Below are positions 1 through 8,566 of a stretch of 13,262 nt of DNA, one piece after another. The translations under genes were made by a program, and so were the position numbers. Source of the stretch: an uncultured archaeon. GTDB taxonomy: Archaea; Asgardarchaeota; Lokiarchaeia; Sigyniarchaeales; SOKP01. Position 1 is the first letter of the stretch. Each line of letters begins with the position of its first letter. The notes beneath the pieces were generated by a model. The model saw only the letters and a program-made list of their open reading frames with translations. It did not search any database and was not told where the DNA came from. The stretch is taken from the NCBI GenBank assembly GCA_964388035.1, contig CAYLZE010000132.1:1-13262 (forward strand), in the 5' to 3' direction.

Positions 1-41
1 CCCAATACCAGAACTCTTTTATAAAATTGTTTGTTTGACAT
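1..41 (-). CDS. 5' end of a CDS truncated by the window edge (MSNKQFYKRVLVLG...); possibly another alkaline phosphatase-superfamily protein or a Rossmann-fold enzyme
   Basis: ATG at 41-39, open to position 1, and absent from the ORF track. KRVLVLG is a typical first beta-strand and resembles KSILVIGID at the start of the 633-aa protein. It is preceded by about 380 nt of AT-rich intergenic DNA. Confidence 0.55.
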   Translation of the reverse strand, partial: MSNKQFYKRVLVL

Positions 42-194
42 TTTTTAATATAGAATATAATTCCAAATTTAACGTATTTTAGAATGGTAATACAATATAA
101 TAAATGTATCCATTTTAACTATTTGAAAAAAAACTATCATGGGTGGGGGTAATTCACCTTTTTTCAGTAAAGATCAGAAATAAAAAACTCCAAG

Positions 195-223
195 AGGTTT
201 TTAAAAAACCTTAAAAAACCTTA
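195..223. repeat. Overlapping inverted repeat (AGGTTTTT-A-AAAAACCT, 195-211) and tandem 10-mer repeat (TTAAAAAACC x2 plus TTA, 201-223); possible promoter/operator
   Basis: Read directly from the sequence; function not shown. Confidence 0.35.
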
Positions 224-397
224 GAAGACTATAAAATAATTAAATTCCATTCTATATAAATATTTGAGTTTTAACTTTTTTAACGTGTAATAATTTGGCT
301 GAGTTTTTCTTCAATTATAGTTGTAATGGCAATTTTATTCAAAAATATTAAAAAAAAGATGTAAATTTTTAAAACTAGAAATCAAAGATTATGAGAT

Positions 398-419
398 AAA
401 AAAAAAGAGGGAAAAAAAA
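398..419 (-). terminator. Archaeal-type oligo-T terminator after the 7TM gene
   Basis: T8 (419-412) and T9 (406-398) tracts on the minus strand immediately after the TGA stop. Confidence 0.55.
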
Positions 420-1154
420 TCACGCCTCTTTTATTAAGCGTTTTTTTAGCCAATTTGGCAAGAAAAAGCCGAAATAGAATTCGATAGCGCTTGAAATTAA
501 CCCCAGTCTCACGAGAATCAGTAAGAGCGTGGTTAAAGAAAACAGTCCTGCGTCCAGTAATCCTGTTATGAAAAAGGAAATCCATGCAATTATTAAGAAC
601 TTTCCTTTTAATCTTATTTCTGGTTGTTCCGATTTCATTGATTCCAATCCCACAGAAATGCCCGTAATTAAAGCAATGATTAAAACGATAAGCACGTAGA
701 GTAAGAAGGGAAGGTTTAACTCATCATCAAACAATCCCACTTTTGTACCAATGACGGATACATTTGTAAGAGTAAAATAGAGAAAAACCGTGTCATAAAT
801 TATCCATTGAATTAAAAGAATGATTGTAACGATTTTCTGGTTCTTTGGATGCTTTAATATCATGTAAAGGGTTACCCAGAAGAACAAGGGAATGGGAATC
901 CAGAAATAACTTAAAAAGAGATAGGCAGTTTCACTTAAGGGATTCCCTAAGATTAAAACACTAAGGAATTCCGTAGCATTGCTTGTCCAAGGAGTGGAAA
1001 TTCCAATCCACGCGATTCCTGCAAAAATAAATGCATTTTGCTTGTGGGTCTTGTATTTTGTTAATAATCGTATTCCCACAATAACGGAAATTACGATAAA
1101 TATCAGCGCAGATATACCAGAAATAAATTCTTGCGCACTCATTTGTATTGCCAT
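420..1154 (-). CDS. Stand-alone seven-transmembrane integral membrane protein (sensor-domain-like, unknown function)
   Basis: About 7 hydrophobic segments, with basic loops after TM1, TM3 and TM5 and a basic C-tail, suggesting N-out/C-in topology. The ORF track starts at GTG 1163, but that GTG lies inside an AAGGTGAT Shine-Dalgarno motif just upstream of ATG 1154, so 1154 is preferred. Confidence 0.85.
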   Translation of the reverse strand: MAIQMSAQEFISGISALIFIVISVIVGIRLLTKYKTHKQNAFIFAGIAWIGISTPWTSNATEFLSVLILGNPLSETAYLFLSYFWIPIPLFFWVTLYMILKHPKNQKIVTIILLIQWIIYDTVFLYFTLTNVSVIGTKVGLFDDELNLPFLLYVLIVLIIALITGISVGLESMKSEQPEIRLKGKFLIIAWISFFITGLLDAGLFSLTTLLLILVRLGLISSAIEFYFGFFLPNWLKKRLIKEA

Positions 1155-1158
1155 AAAT

Positions 1159-1166
1159 ATCACCTT
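1159..1166 (-). promoter_or_regulatory. Shine-Dalgarno motif AAGGTGAT
   Basis: Archaeal-type SD a few nt upstream of ATG 1154. Confidence 0.6.
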
Positions 1167-1396
1167 AATATAATTTTTTATTAGAACAATAAACTTATTT
1201 TCCCTTAATATAGTTTTGTATTGTATTGCATTTCTTACGATGGAATTGGATAACCAATTGAAAGTATTTTTTAGGATTAAGGTAAATTTTTGATTCTATT
1301 TAAAAACCTTTTAAAAATGTAAGATATTGGAGTAAAATGGAATAAGTATGAGACGAATTCAAACATGAAAATGGGAAAATATAAGACCGATTTAAT

Positions 1397-3298
1397 TCAT
1401 TTTATTAATTCATGAATGATTCTACCTTGAGAAGTGTTCGGTGGTGATATTTCGAGTAAATGAGCGATGGTTGGGGCAACATCTATCAGATTAATTTTAG
1501 TTTTTAATTCTACTCCGTTCTTAATACCAGGGCCATTTATCATGAAAGGGACACTGATAGAAAAATCTCCATGTTTTTGGGTGGGTAAATAATAAGCATG
1601 TGCTGCAAAATTAGTAGTACAATCATAGGCTTCGGGTTTTACTATGAGATCGGTGGATTGTTCCGCAGCATTGAGTTGATTCAATCCTCCATCGAAAAGA
1701 GTGTATTTTGGATTCAAGAAATAAACCACATCTCCCACTCTTTCACCATCTTGACCCAAAAAACCCGCTTCCTCTTTTTTTAACGCTAGTTTAACGATAT
1801 TTTCATTGGTATCCGGATCTCTCATTTGATATAATGTTCTTATGATCTCTTCTCTTACCGTCTCATAATCTTCTGGTTCCACTACTCCTTGTGGATCTCT
1901 TCCTCTTAAATTGACCCAAACGTGCGGAGGTTCTAAATATGGAAATGCTACAGACTTCTGCCAATTAATAATGAATCTATTTTTAGTAGAATTCCATTCA
2001 TATTGAATAAGATTCGATTTATTAAAAGCTGAGGGAATATTCGCAACCCTCCAAGAGGGTATGGCGCCATGATCAGAAAGAAAGATTACAATTGTATCTT
2101 GATCGACACAAGATTTTATCAAATTCCCCACTAACTCGTCCACGATTTTATAGGATGTTCTCACAAATTCCCAAGCTTTTTCTGCATCTCTTTCATTGTA
2201 TAAAGGTGATTTCTCATATAATCGAGAAAGGGTCCTATGATTCACGCTATCCAAAAGATGAAAATGGAAAAAGCACAATTTCCAATTCAAATATTTTTTC
2301 ATGTAATTAATGGTTTCAGCGAGCGTAATCGCTTCTCTCCTGGCAAACAGGAGATGAGATTTTATCTTACCCGTTATCATGAAATCAACATCTTGTTCCT
2401 TAACTTCTTTAACCGACTCTAAAATGAAGGAATTTCTAATTATCTCTTGCGATATTTTTTCAGGTACCGTCCAGCCTTTTGTATTATAAAGACTACTGAC
2501 ATGGATTTTTATTTCACTTCCATCTTCCTTTAATTCAAGTAGCTTCACTCTAAATAGACAGGGTAAATCCCCATACTTCGTGGAAATCTTTAAAGATATC
2601 CATTCACTCCATTCCTCTTTTTCTATTATCGTCCACTCAGAGGAGAGGATTTGTTGAAGTGCCAAAACATCATAGTAATTTTTTTTAATGGAAAGAAGAT
2701 AAGCATTAATTGCTAGGGGTACCTCAATATCCTTGGATGTAATTGTTAGGATTACCTTTAAGGGAGGGAAATTACTTGTAAGCTCTAACGAATCTTTTGT
2801 ATCTGTAATTAAATATTCTTTTTGAGATCGATTTTTTGAATAAGATAATGTTTTTGGAGAGGATATTGTTCTTGGAAGAGATTCTGGAAGCGGCCAAGTA
2901 TATAAAGCCATTGCTCCATTCTTAAAGTTACTTGGCCAACCACTAGGATAATTTAATACAAAAGGAGTAATATTGTTACGGTCAGCAACATCCCATATAT
3001 ATTCTGCCGTGCAATATCTAGAAAGAGACCCCCTTGACCTGATATCCAATGCTAAATCAAAAGGTTCTCCCGGAAGATGGGTATAAAAACTTGTATTTCC
3101 ATGAACGGCAGTAGTTGCTCCCGTAGCAATGGTTGTCCAATTTGTAGGAGTATCACATGGGGGACAGGAAAGTCCCTCACAATAAACACCATTTTGATAT
3201 AAACTAGTGATATGGGGTATGATTCCTTCCTTCATGAATTGTTTAATCAAGCACGGAATGGATTGATCAATTCCGATAACCAATATGCTCTTTGACAT
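1397..3298 (-). CDS. Alkaline phosphatase superfamily protein (type I phosphodiesterase / nucleotide pyrophosphatase-like)
   Basis: ILVIGID (metal Asp), PCDTPTNWTTIATG (Thr nucleophile region), LDSVNH, FLSDHG, a C-terminal AAHAY His and LIDVAPTIAHLL; large central insertion; no signal peptide. Confidence 0.9.
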   Translation of the reverse strand: MSKSILVIGIDQSIPCLIKQFMKEGIIPHITSLYQNGVYCEGLSCPPCDTPTNWTTIATGATTAVHGNTSFYTHLPGEPFDLALDIRSRGSLSRYCTAEYIWDVADRNNITPFVLNYPSGWPSNFKNGAMALYTWPLPESLPRTISSPKTLSYSKNRSQKEYLITDTKDSLELTSNFPPLKVILTITSKDIEVPLAINAYLLSIKKNYYDVLALQQILSSEWTIIEKEEWSEWISLKISTKYGDLPCLFRVKLLELKEDGSEIKIHVSSLYNTKGWTVPEKISQEIIRNSFILESVKEVKEQDVDFMITGKIKSHLLFARREAITLAETINYMKKYLNWKLCFFHFHLLDSVNHRTLSRLYEKSPLYNERDAEKAWEFVRTSYKIVDELVGNLIKSCVDQDTIVIFLSDHGAIPSWRVANIPSAFNKSNLIQYEWNSTKNRFIINWQKSVAFPYLEPPHVWVNLRGRDPQGVVEPEDYETVREEIIRTLYQMRDPDTNENIVKLALKKEEAGFLGQDGERVGDVVYFLNPKYTLFDGGLNQLNAAEQSTDLIVKPEAYDCTTNFAAHAYYLPTQKHGDFSISVPFMINGPGIKNGVELKTKINLIDVAPTIAHLLEISPPNTSQGRIIHELIK

Positions 3299-3488
3299 TA
3301 TATTGTTATTTGATTGTTTTATTTTTTAAATTATTTATTATAACTTTTAATTTTTCTTCATGATCTAAATTTTCATTGAAAAAGTAAACACCTCCTCCTT
3401 TACCACGAAACACATTTTTGATCCTGAACCGGAGAATCTTTAATCCTTCTTTTAAAATTGAATTAAAAAAGGAACTCTTGTTTAAATT

Positions 3489-3500
3489 AAAAAAAAAAAA
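3489..3500 (-). terminator. Oligo-T terminator after the amidohydrolase gene
   Basis: T12 tract on the minus strand about 15 nt after the stop codon. Confidence 0.55.
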
Positions 3501-3515
3501 GAGAAAGAAGATGAT

Positions 3516-4979
3516 TTAGCTTTTAGTTCTCTTTTTTAAAAGGTTAAAAGGAATTTTGAATCCTTCGGGGAAGGGAGATTTATACTTTTTATCTTTAAAG
3601 GTTTCTTCAAATTCTTTTTTCGCTTTCTCCACATATTCGGGCTTGTTCATAAAATCTAATGCGGTAAGTGCCATGACTTTTGCTGCTGCAATCATTCCTT
3701 TATGTCCAATGCTCATTCCTGCAGTAGCAGTATTTTGCCATGAGTGACCGGGGGAGCCCATGGTATGGCAGGCCGTGGAAAATTCCCCTAAAGGAGTGAC
3801 CCATGATACATCTGCTACATCAGTAGAACCTGGTAATACTTGTCCTTTTCCTATTGGAGGCAAGATTATAGGACATAAAGGTTCACTGAATAATTTTCTT
3901 GCCATATCTTGAAGGTTTTGTGGGATGAGTTTCATGTATCCTTCCATTGAATTTGGTGGGATGGACTTGTTAATCTCTTTTGCAAATTCTTGCTCTTCCT
4001 TATTAAATCGCGGAGGACCAATGAATTGCATGTTTTCTTGGATCACGTTACTGATGAATTCATTATGAATTGGATTATAGGTGCCACTTAGAAAATTTAC
4101 TTTAAGTTCTGTTTCTGTCATCATTTTTGCCCCTTCTGCAACTTTAATTAATCTGTTATAGATTTCTTCTACTTGATGTCGTTCGGGCGCCCGAACAAAA
4201 TAATATACTTCTGCTTCTTCCGGGACAACATTCGGAGCTTCTCCTCCATTAGTAATAATATAATGAATTCTAGCGTCCGGAATGATATGTTCTCGCATAT
4301 AATTTGCGCCAACATTCATTAACTCTACAGCATCCAATGCACTTCTCCCATTAAATGGGTCTCCTGCAGCATGAGCTGTTCTTCCGTAGAAATTAAAGAT
4401 AACGGAGTTCATGGCTAAAGCAGACATCGTAGCTACTGCATTAAAGTAAGCCGGATGCCATGCTATGGAGATGTCTACATCGTCGAAAACACCACCCGGC
4501 TTGACCATGTATCCCTTGGCATTATACATTTCTTCTGCTGGGCAACCATAATATCTAATTGTACCCTTTGCGTTCCCTTCTTCAATTGCCTTCTTAATCG
4601 CAAACACTGCCCCTATACCAGCAGCCCCCAATAGATTATGACCACACCCATGTCCCGGAGCTCCTTCCTTAAGGATTGCTTTTACAGGCTCTGCTTTTTG
4701 ACTAAGTCCCGGTAATGCATCATATTCGCCGAGTACTCCAATCACCGGTTTCCCCATCCCGTAGGTTGCAACGAACGCTGTGGGAATATCAGCAATGCTT
4801 TCTTTTACTTGAAAACCTTCCTCTTTTAAGGTATTAACTAGTAATTCAGAAGATTTATATTCTTCAAATCCTAATTCAGCAAATCCCCAAATTTTATCAC
4901 TTAATTCAATAAACCTATCTTGGTTGGCTTGAATCCATCTGGAATAATTCTTCTTAAGATCTTTTAAATCTTGTGACAT
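3516..4979 (-). CDS. abgB: M20-family amidohydrolase, p-aminobenzoyl-glutamate hydrolase subunit B (AbgB)-like
   Basis: EYDAL, GHGCGHN, GCPAEE, WHP, AHAAGDPFNGRSALDAVELMNVGANYMREH, GSTDVADVSW and GHSW motifs; AAGGTG SD at 4993-4988. Family is secure; substrate is not. Confidence 0.88.
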   Translation of the reverse strand: MSQDLKDLKKNYSRWIQANQDRFIELSDKIWGFAELGFEEYKSSELLVNTLKEEGFQVKESIADIPTAFVATYGMGKPVIGVLGEYDALPGLSQKAEPVKAILKEGAPGHGCGHNLLGAAGIGAVFAIKKAIEEGNAKGTIRYYGCPAEEMYNAKGYMVKPGGVFDDVDISIAWHPAYFNAVATMSALAMNSVIFNFYGRTAHAAGDPFNGRSALDAVELMNVGANYMREHIIPDARIHYIITNGGEAPNVVPEEAEVYYFVRAPERHQVEEIYNRLIKVAEGAKMMTETELKVNFLSGTYNPIHNEFISNVIQENMQFIGPPRFNKEEQEFAKEINKSIPPNSMEGYMKLIPQNLQDMARKLFSEPLCPIILPPIGKGQVLPGSTDVADVSWVTPLGEFSTACHTMGSPGHSWQNTATAGMSIGHKGMIAAAKVMALTALDFMNKPEYVEKAKKEFEETFKDKKYKSPFPEGFKIPFNLLKKRTKS

Positions 4980-4987
4980 GTATTATA

Positions 4988-4993
4988 CACCTT
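4988..4993 (-). promoter_or_regulatory. Shine-Dalgarno motif AAGGTG
   Basis: 8 nt upstream of ATG 4979. Confidence 0.55.
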
Positions 4994-5074
4994 AGAATAA
5001 TATATCTAAATATAATTATTATAAATCATCAAAATACTTTTACATGATTAAATAATAACTATTAAGGGTGAATT

Positions 5075-5094
5075 AAAAAAAAACTATAAAAAAA
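5075..5094 (-). terminator. Oligo-T terminator after the helicase gene
   Basis: T7 and T9 tracts on the minus strand about 45-65 nt after the stop codon. Confidence 0.4.
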
Positions 5095-5139
5095 CTTGAG
5101 AATAAACCTAATCAGGGAATAATAACTCTTAGAATGAGA

Positions 5140-6300
5140 TTAATAGAATGGAAAGTGATATTCTGGATCTCTTGGTTTTTCAAAGCTTCGCAGTTCTATT
5201 TCTTTATCAATGAATCCTTCTATATAACAAAGAAATCGGTAATCCTGTTCTAGTACAAGGGTAATCGCTGTTCCTTTTTTATTCATTCGAGAGGTTCTTC
5301 CAATGCGGTGTACGTAATTTTCAGGATACTTTGGAACATCATAATTAATGACATGGGACACGTTGTTAATATCAAGTCCTCTTGCTGCCACATCCGTAGC
5401 TATAAGCATGTTAATTTGATGCTTTTTAAAAGCTTTAAGAATGTGTTCCCTTTGGTGTTGAGAAAGATCTCCTGAAATTAGGTTGACTCTATAATCAAAT
5501 TTCTTAAGAGATGTTAATTTATGAGATAACCATGATGCGGTTTTTTTTGTATTGACGAATACTAATGCATGATCAGGCTTTTCTCTTCGTAATATTTTCA
5601 AAAAAGTTGAAAATTTTTGATCAAAGCGTTCTATCATATAATAATATTGTCTTGTATTCTTGACAGTAAGCTCATCTCTACTTAAATTGAGAAATTCGAA
5701 GGAATTTTTTGTGTGAGCCTTAACCATCTTTCTCATATCCTTATCAAGAGTTGCAGAAAATAACATTAACTGGTTCGATTTCGATGCTTCTTTAATCGAG
5801 GTTAAAATATATTTAATATCAGGAGCAAATCCCATATCCCAAAGACGGTCTGCTTCGTCTAAAACGACGAATTTTATATTGTTAAATGATAACTTCCGTC
5901 TCTTATATAAATCAATTATTCTTCCCGGAGTTCCAACAATTAGTTGTACTCCTCGATCGAGTTTCTCAATTTGATTATTAATGGAAACACCGCCATAAAT
6001 AGTCATCGATCTAGCCCGATCACGACTTATTTTTTCAAACACTTCATTTACTTGCTTTGCTAATTCCCTTGTCGGTTCAATAATGATACATTCGTTGGTA
6101 ACGGAATTCAACCGTTCAAGGATGGGTAATAGAAAAGCAAGAGTTTTCCCTGATCCTGTTTTAGCTTGGACCATAATGTTTTCCCCTTCTAAGATGAGGG
6201 GAATAGATTCTACTTGAACAGGAGTAGGTTTGGAAATGTTAAATATTGTTTTTAAGTCGTCAGTTGTCTGGTTATTAATACCTAATTCTATAAAATTCAA
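5140..6300 (-). CDS. DEAD-box RNA helicase (core only)
   Basis: Q motif PTPVQ, AKTGSGKT, PTRELA, GG, TPGRI, DEAD, SAT, FVNTK, ATDVAARGLD, HRIGRTSR. TTG start with a GAGTG SD-like motif upstream. Confidence 0.97.
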   Translation of the reverse strand: MNFIELGINNQTTDDLKTIFNISKPTPVQVESIPLILEGENIMVQAKTGSGKTLAFLLPILERLNSVTNECIIIEPTRELAKQVNEVFEKISRDRARSMTIYGGVSINNQIEKLDRGVQLIVGTPGRIIDLYKRRKLSFNNIKFVVLDEADRLWDMGFAPDIKYILTSIKEASKSNQLMLFSATLDKDMRKMVKAHTKNSFEFLNLSRDELTVKNTRQYYYMIERFDQKFSTFLKILRREKPDHALVFVNTKKTASWLSHKLTSLKKFDYRVNLISGDLSQHQREHILKAFKKHQINMLIATDVAARGLDINNVSHVINYDVPKYPENYVHRIGRTSRMNKKGTAITLVLEQDYRFLCYIEGFIDKEIELRSFEKPRDPEYHFPFY

Positions 6301-6498
6301 AAAAATGCACTCAATTCGCTATACTTTTTCGCTTTCTTCTTCAAGAGAAAAAATGTTTTAAATGTAATAAACTTAATTAAATGGAAGGGAAAAAGTAAAG
6401 AGAGTTGAATGATTTCTTTTTTTTCATTATCTTATATTTTCTTACATTTTAGCAATCTGAGATCGAAATTTAATAATTTCTGTGATTAAGATATATTT

Positions 6499-7848
6499 TT
6501 AAAAATCTGGTAATCTCTTAATTCTTGTCCATTCTTTATTCATCAAAAAATCAGACTCGTTTGAATCTTCATTTGAATAACTTAATAAGTCTACAATTAT
6601 GGTGGAAGGAGTAAAATACCGTGCTCCAAAACCTTTATCCTCTTGACAATGATAGGTTTCTCTAAATCCATTTCTCTTTATCATGTTTAGGGTTTTTTCA
6701 AGTAATTCTTGAGCAATATTGATAAATCCGTGCTTTAAAAGTCCTTTAATGATTAACCAATTAGTAATCATCCGCGATGAGTTTTTCCAAGAATCTTGAT
6801 TCGAAGAAATGGTACTTTTTTCATCCATTGAAATCTGAGGAACCGGATTCTTTGTCCAAAATTCTTTAGGATTTAATAAGTGGTCCTCCACTAAGCATGT
6901 AGCTTTATTCAATGGTAATCCGTCTAAAATTAGAGGGATTAATGAGCTTATGGTTTTAATTTTCTTCTTTGAGCAAGAAGGATCATGAATTCCTAGAAAA
7001 ATTTCAAGATCTGCATTCCAACATTTTTTTAACAGTGAATTTTCTATTTTTGTTGCTTTAAACAAACAATCTTGTTTTTCCATATCATTTTTTAACTCAT
7101 TGAAGAGAAATGCCAAATCCCGATACCCTTGAATAAAGAGACTATTGAATATTAAATCTTGATATAAAAATCCTTTATTCTTCCTAATCTCTGAAACATT
7201 CGAATTAGATTTCTCAACACAATCAAGTATTTGAATGTAACTTTCCGAGATTAGTTTAGTAGTACTTTGATCTTTAGTTCCTGAGTTAAAATATTCCTTG
7301 TAAATCATGGTGTCTTCGATTACATCTTCCCACGGATGAATTATATTTAAAAGATAATTTTCTTCTTTTGAAATAACACGAAAATTAGTTAGATAGTCGT
7401 AAAAGTTTTTGGTTTTCTGTATATTATCTTGCAAGAAGGTTCTCTCATAATTTTTATTATAAATAGCTTTCAATGCTTGAGCCAACAAGGGCATTATAGT
7501 CAAAGAACTGAAAGCTTGAAGCTCATACATGGTTTTAACTCGATTGGAGAGAAAAGGATAATTTCCGCTCCAAAAATTGATCCTCCTAATCATTCCCTCC
7601 TTAGTTTGTGTGAGAAATATTGATTCAAATTCTTTTTTAGCTAGTGCTAAATCGAAATGGCTATTAATTATTACATGAATGCATGAATCCTCCACGCGTT
7701 GAAATGGGTATATTCTGCGATTAGAGGAAGTATAAATGGTTGTTTTTGATAAGGTTTGATTTAATTTACACACTTTAAGATTAAATTCTAAGATATTCCT
7801 TGCTGCTTTTTCAAGCTTCAAAATTTGAGGATCGTTAGTTGAAATCAA
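6499..7848 (-). CDS. GH63/MGH1-like (alpha/alpha)6 glycoside hydrolase fold protein, active site apparently degenerate
   Basis: Motifs occur in family order but are eroded: YPFQRVEDS (cf. YP.QW.WDS), HPWEDVIED (cf. HPWESG.DNSP), LIPLIL, HLLNPKEFWTKNPVP, SWKNSSRMITNWLIIKGL (cf. YWRGP.W...NW), GFRETY...GFGARYF (cf. GF.EYY....G.G.GA..FSW). TTG start uncertain. Confidence 0.8.
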   Translation of the reverse strand: MISTNDPQILKLEKAARNILEFNLKVCKLNQTLSKTTIYTSSNRRIYPFQRVEDSCIHVIINSHFDLALAKKEFESIFLTQTKEGMIRRINFWSGNYPFLSNRVKTMYELQAFSSLTIMPLLAQALKAIYNKNYERTFLQDNIQKTKNFYDYLTNFRVISKEENYLLNIIHPWEDVIEDTMIYKEYFNSGTKDQSTTKLISESYIQILDCVEKSNSNVSEIRKNKGFLYQDLIFNSLFIQGYRDLAFLFNELKNDMEKQDCLFKATKIENSLLKKCWNADLEIFLGIHDPSCSKKKIKTISSLIPLILDGLPLNKATCLVEDHLLNPKEFWTKNPVPQISMDEKSTISSNQDSWKNSSRMITNWLIIKGLLKHGFINIAQELLEKTLNMIKRNGFRETYHCQEDKGFGARYFTPSTIIVDLLSYSNEDSNESDFLMNKEWTRIKRLPDF

Positions 7849-7965
7849 TTTTAGATCAATCTATTTAATTTAGAGGTAAAATATAATCAAAAAATATCAT
7901 AAAATATTAAAATAGATTAAAAAATTTCGATATTACGATTCAAAAGTAAAGGGCAATAAATCTTT

Positions 7966-8511
7966 TCATTTTCGCATGAAACTTGGCAACATGAGTTGAA
8001 AAATTTCCGCTATTTTCTTTAACTTGTCTTGAGCTTTTATTCTCGTGAGAATCAAGATACTTCTTTCCAATTCATCCCGATCTAATGATCCTCCGGAGTA
8101 AATAGCTTCTTTTTCATTGAGAAGTAATAGATATCTCACGTTTGGATTATTTACAATATTGATGTTAGGGGTACCTTTTAATTGATCATAATAGGTTTGA
8201 TAGATAGGGGGAATTGTACTCCGTTCATTAATTATTAGACTTATAGATATTTGTTTATTAGCAGCATTTATTAATTCTCTTGTATAGAAATTATCTACCT
8301 TTGGAGTAACCAGATTTATAAATTCCTCAGAAGAATGAAGCATTTCAATAATTTTTTCATTTACTAGATTTTTATGCCCTTCTCCACCACTCTGGTCTAT
8401 TTCAATCATCCCAACTAAATTAAGAATCTTACTTTCTAAATTTTGCACTTCCTTTTTTAATCGCATATTTTCTACTTTTAATTCAACCAATCTATCGGAC
8501 AATGAAATCAC
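7966..8511 (-). CDS. N-terminal coiled coil plus single PLD-like domain lacking the HKD motif
   Basis: Heptad leucines in LSDRLVELKVENMRLKKEVQNLESKILNL. PLD-fold pattern IIEMLHSSEEFINLVTP...ISISLIIN...VRYLLLLNEKEAIYSGGSL. The start may be TTG 8502, with GTGAT as its SD. Confidence 0.75.
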   Translation of the reverse strand: MISLSDRLVELKVENMRLKKEVQNLESKILNLVGMIEIDQSGGEGHKNLVNEKIIEMLHSSEEFINLVTPKVDNFYTRELINAANKQISISLIINERSTIPPIYQTYYDQLKGTPNINIVNNPNVRYLLLLNEKEAIYSGGSLDRDELERSILILTRIKAQDKLKKIAEIFQLMLPSFMRK

Positions 8512-8566
8512 TTTTTCAATATTTATTTGATATATGATAAATTCGAATTATTTATTTTCTATAAAT

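Noticed and set aside
69-166. GGTGA motif followed by a 23-codon minus-strand ORF from ATG 140, or a GGTG/CACC hairpin plus T-tract on the plus strand
   Set aside because: SD spacing too long (~14 nt), stem only 4 bp, and no plus-strand gene to terminate.
382-585. 67-aa minus-strand ORF
   Set aside because: Alternative frame overlapping the 7TM gene and its T-tract terminator; no recognisable motif.
420-1154. Rhodopsin assignment for the 7TM protein
   Set aside because: No Schiff-base lysine in the last helix.
3355-3430. Possible C/D box sRNA (ATGATCT ... CTGA)
   Set aside because: C box mismatched at key positions, and no clear C'/D' boxes or terminal stem.
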